From assembly GCA_964255285.1 (NCBI GenBank), contig CAXUUL010000088.1, positions 1 to 34,492 on the forward strand: a stretch of 34,492 nt of DNA, read 5' to 3'. Positions 33,745 to 34,492 of this stretch are shown here, in pieces. The notes under the pieces are model-generated. The model did not search any database. It had not been told where the DNA came from and saw nothing but the letters and a program-made list of their open reading frames with translations. The stretch comes from Ionaspis alba (taxonomy: Eukaryota). The stretch's first letter is position 1, and every line of letters begins with the position of its first letter. The translations under genes and the position numbers were made by a program.

Positions 33745-34070
33745 CGTGGTGGCGGCCGGAAATTCGGAGCCATGACAAGCACATTCGACCCAGATGAAGC
33801 CACTTGTACGCCTCGTGCGAAATCACGGTTCTATTCTGCAGACTGTAAGACATGCCGATCAATTTCGTCGACCAAACATGCTAAAGGTTGAAGGTGCTAC
33901 AACTAGGGCTAGTCGGGTAAGCTTTCTACCCGTGCAGATCACATCCTGCATTTCCCAAATAAAATTACCACCCATACAAGACTCCACACCTACCCGTACT
34001 CCCAGAATGCTCTCACAAATTCCCCGTAGTATCCACACCAACATCAACCCGACCCATCTCCCTATCTCCA

Positions 34071-34492
34071 TCACCTCGCCGTCACAGTAGTCGTCACCGT
34101 CTCCGTAACCGTCACCGTCATCTGCCCACTCACATCAACCGGCACAATCGTCATCATCGCCGGCTGCTCCGTCGTCTTGGTCGTCCCATCCTTTGGTGTC
34201 TCCGCTGGTGGCGGTGGTCCCTGCGCTGGAGCGGGGGTGGCCTCAGGCTTAGGCTTTGGCGAGTTCTTCGGCGCAGGTGTTTCGGGTGCGGGAGATGGTG
34301 GTGAGCTTGGTGGGGCGGTGGTCGAGGCAGGTGGTGCCGGCGGTGGTGAGTCTTGGACGGTAGGAGATGGCTGTGATGCAACAATTGTTGTGGTCTTGGG
34401 CGCTTCGACTGATGTGGAGACGGGAGCAGGTGAGCTCTGCGTCACAACGGCGGAAAGAGATTCTGCCGGACTGGGAGCTGCAATAGGAGCAG
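34071..34492 (-). CDS. 3' end of a Pro/Thr/Ser-rich protein (probably secreted or cell wall), continuing off the right edge
   Basis: The frame is open from the window edge to TGA at 34073-34071. Low-complexity P/T/S sequence ends MMTIVPVDVSGQMTVTVTETVTTTVTAR. Confidence 0.7.
   Translation of the reverse strand, partial: APIAAPSPAESLSAVVTQSSPAPVSTSVEAPKTTTIVASQPSPTVQDSPPPAPPASTTAPPSSPPSPAPETPAPKNSPKPKPEATPAPAQGPPPPAETPKDGTTKTTEQPAMMTIVPVDVSGQMTVTVTETVTTTVTAR

Noticed and set aside
1..34492. CRISPR arrays, rRNA, prokaryotic operons, autonomous transposon ORFs
   Set aside because: This is a eukaryotic locus. I saw no repeat-spacer arrays, rRNA signatures, or transposase/reverse-transcriptase motifs.

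Overview
A gene-dense, intron-containing eukaryotic locus from a filamentous ascomycete (Pezizomycotina). The evidence is short 50-70 nt introns with CTRAC/CTGAT branch points and fungal-type orthologues; the species cannot be fixed from the sequence. It holds 13 complete genes, most of them housekeeping: LDB17/SPIN90-like, GH47 alpha-1,2-mannosidase, CCT6, NOP56, kinesin-10 (Kid-like), OTU1, RSC1/2, DNAJC3-like, an uncharacterised LRR-like protein, JID1-like, a LACTB2-like metallo-beta-lactamase, an oxysterol-binding protein and a Zn2Cys6 transcription factor. There is also an intron-containing tRNA-Ser(UGA), two pseudogenes (ankyrin-repeat and CYP52-like) and the 3' end of a Pro/Thr-rich gene. 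I found no clear novel multi-gene system. The best leads are (1) a hairpin, putative 5'UTR intron and GC-AG intron at the start of NOP56 that suggest regulated splicing, (2) a ~370 bp MITE-like element with nested inverted repeats in the OTU1/RSC1 bidirectional promoter, (3) a possible BC-box + LRR ubiquitin-ligase adaptor and (4) paired KR|Q Kex2-like sites in the GH47 insertions. All calls come from manual reading; no database searches were run.
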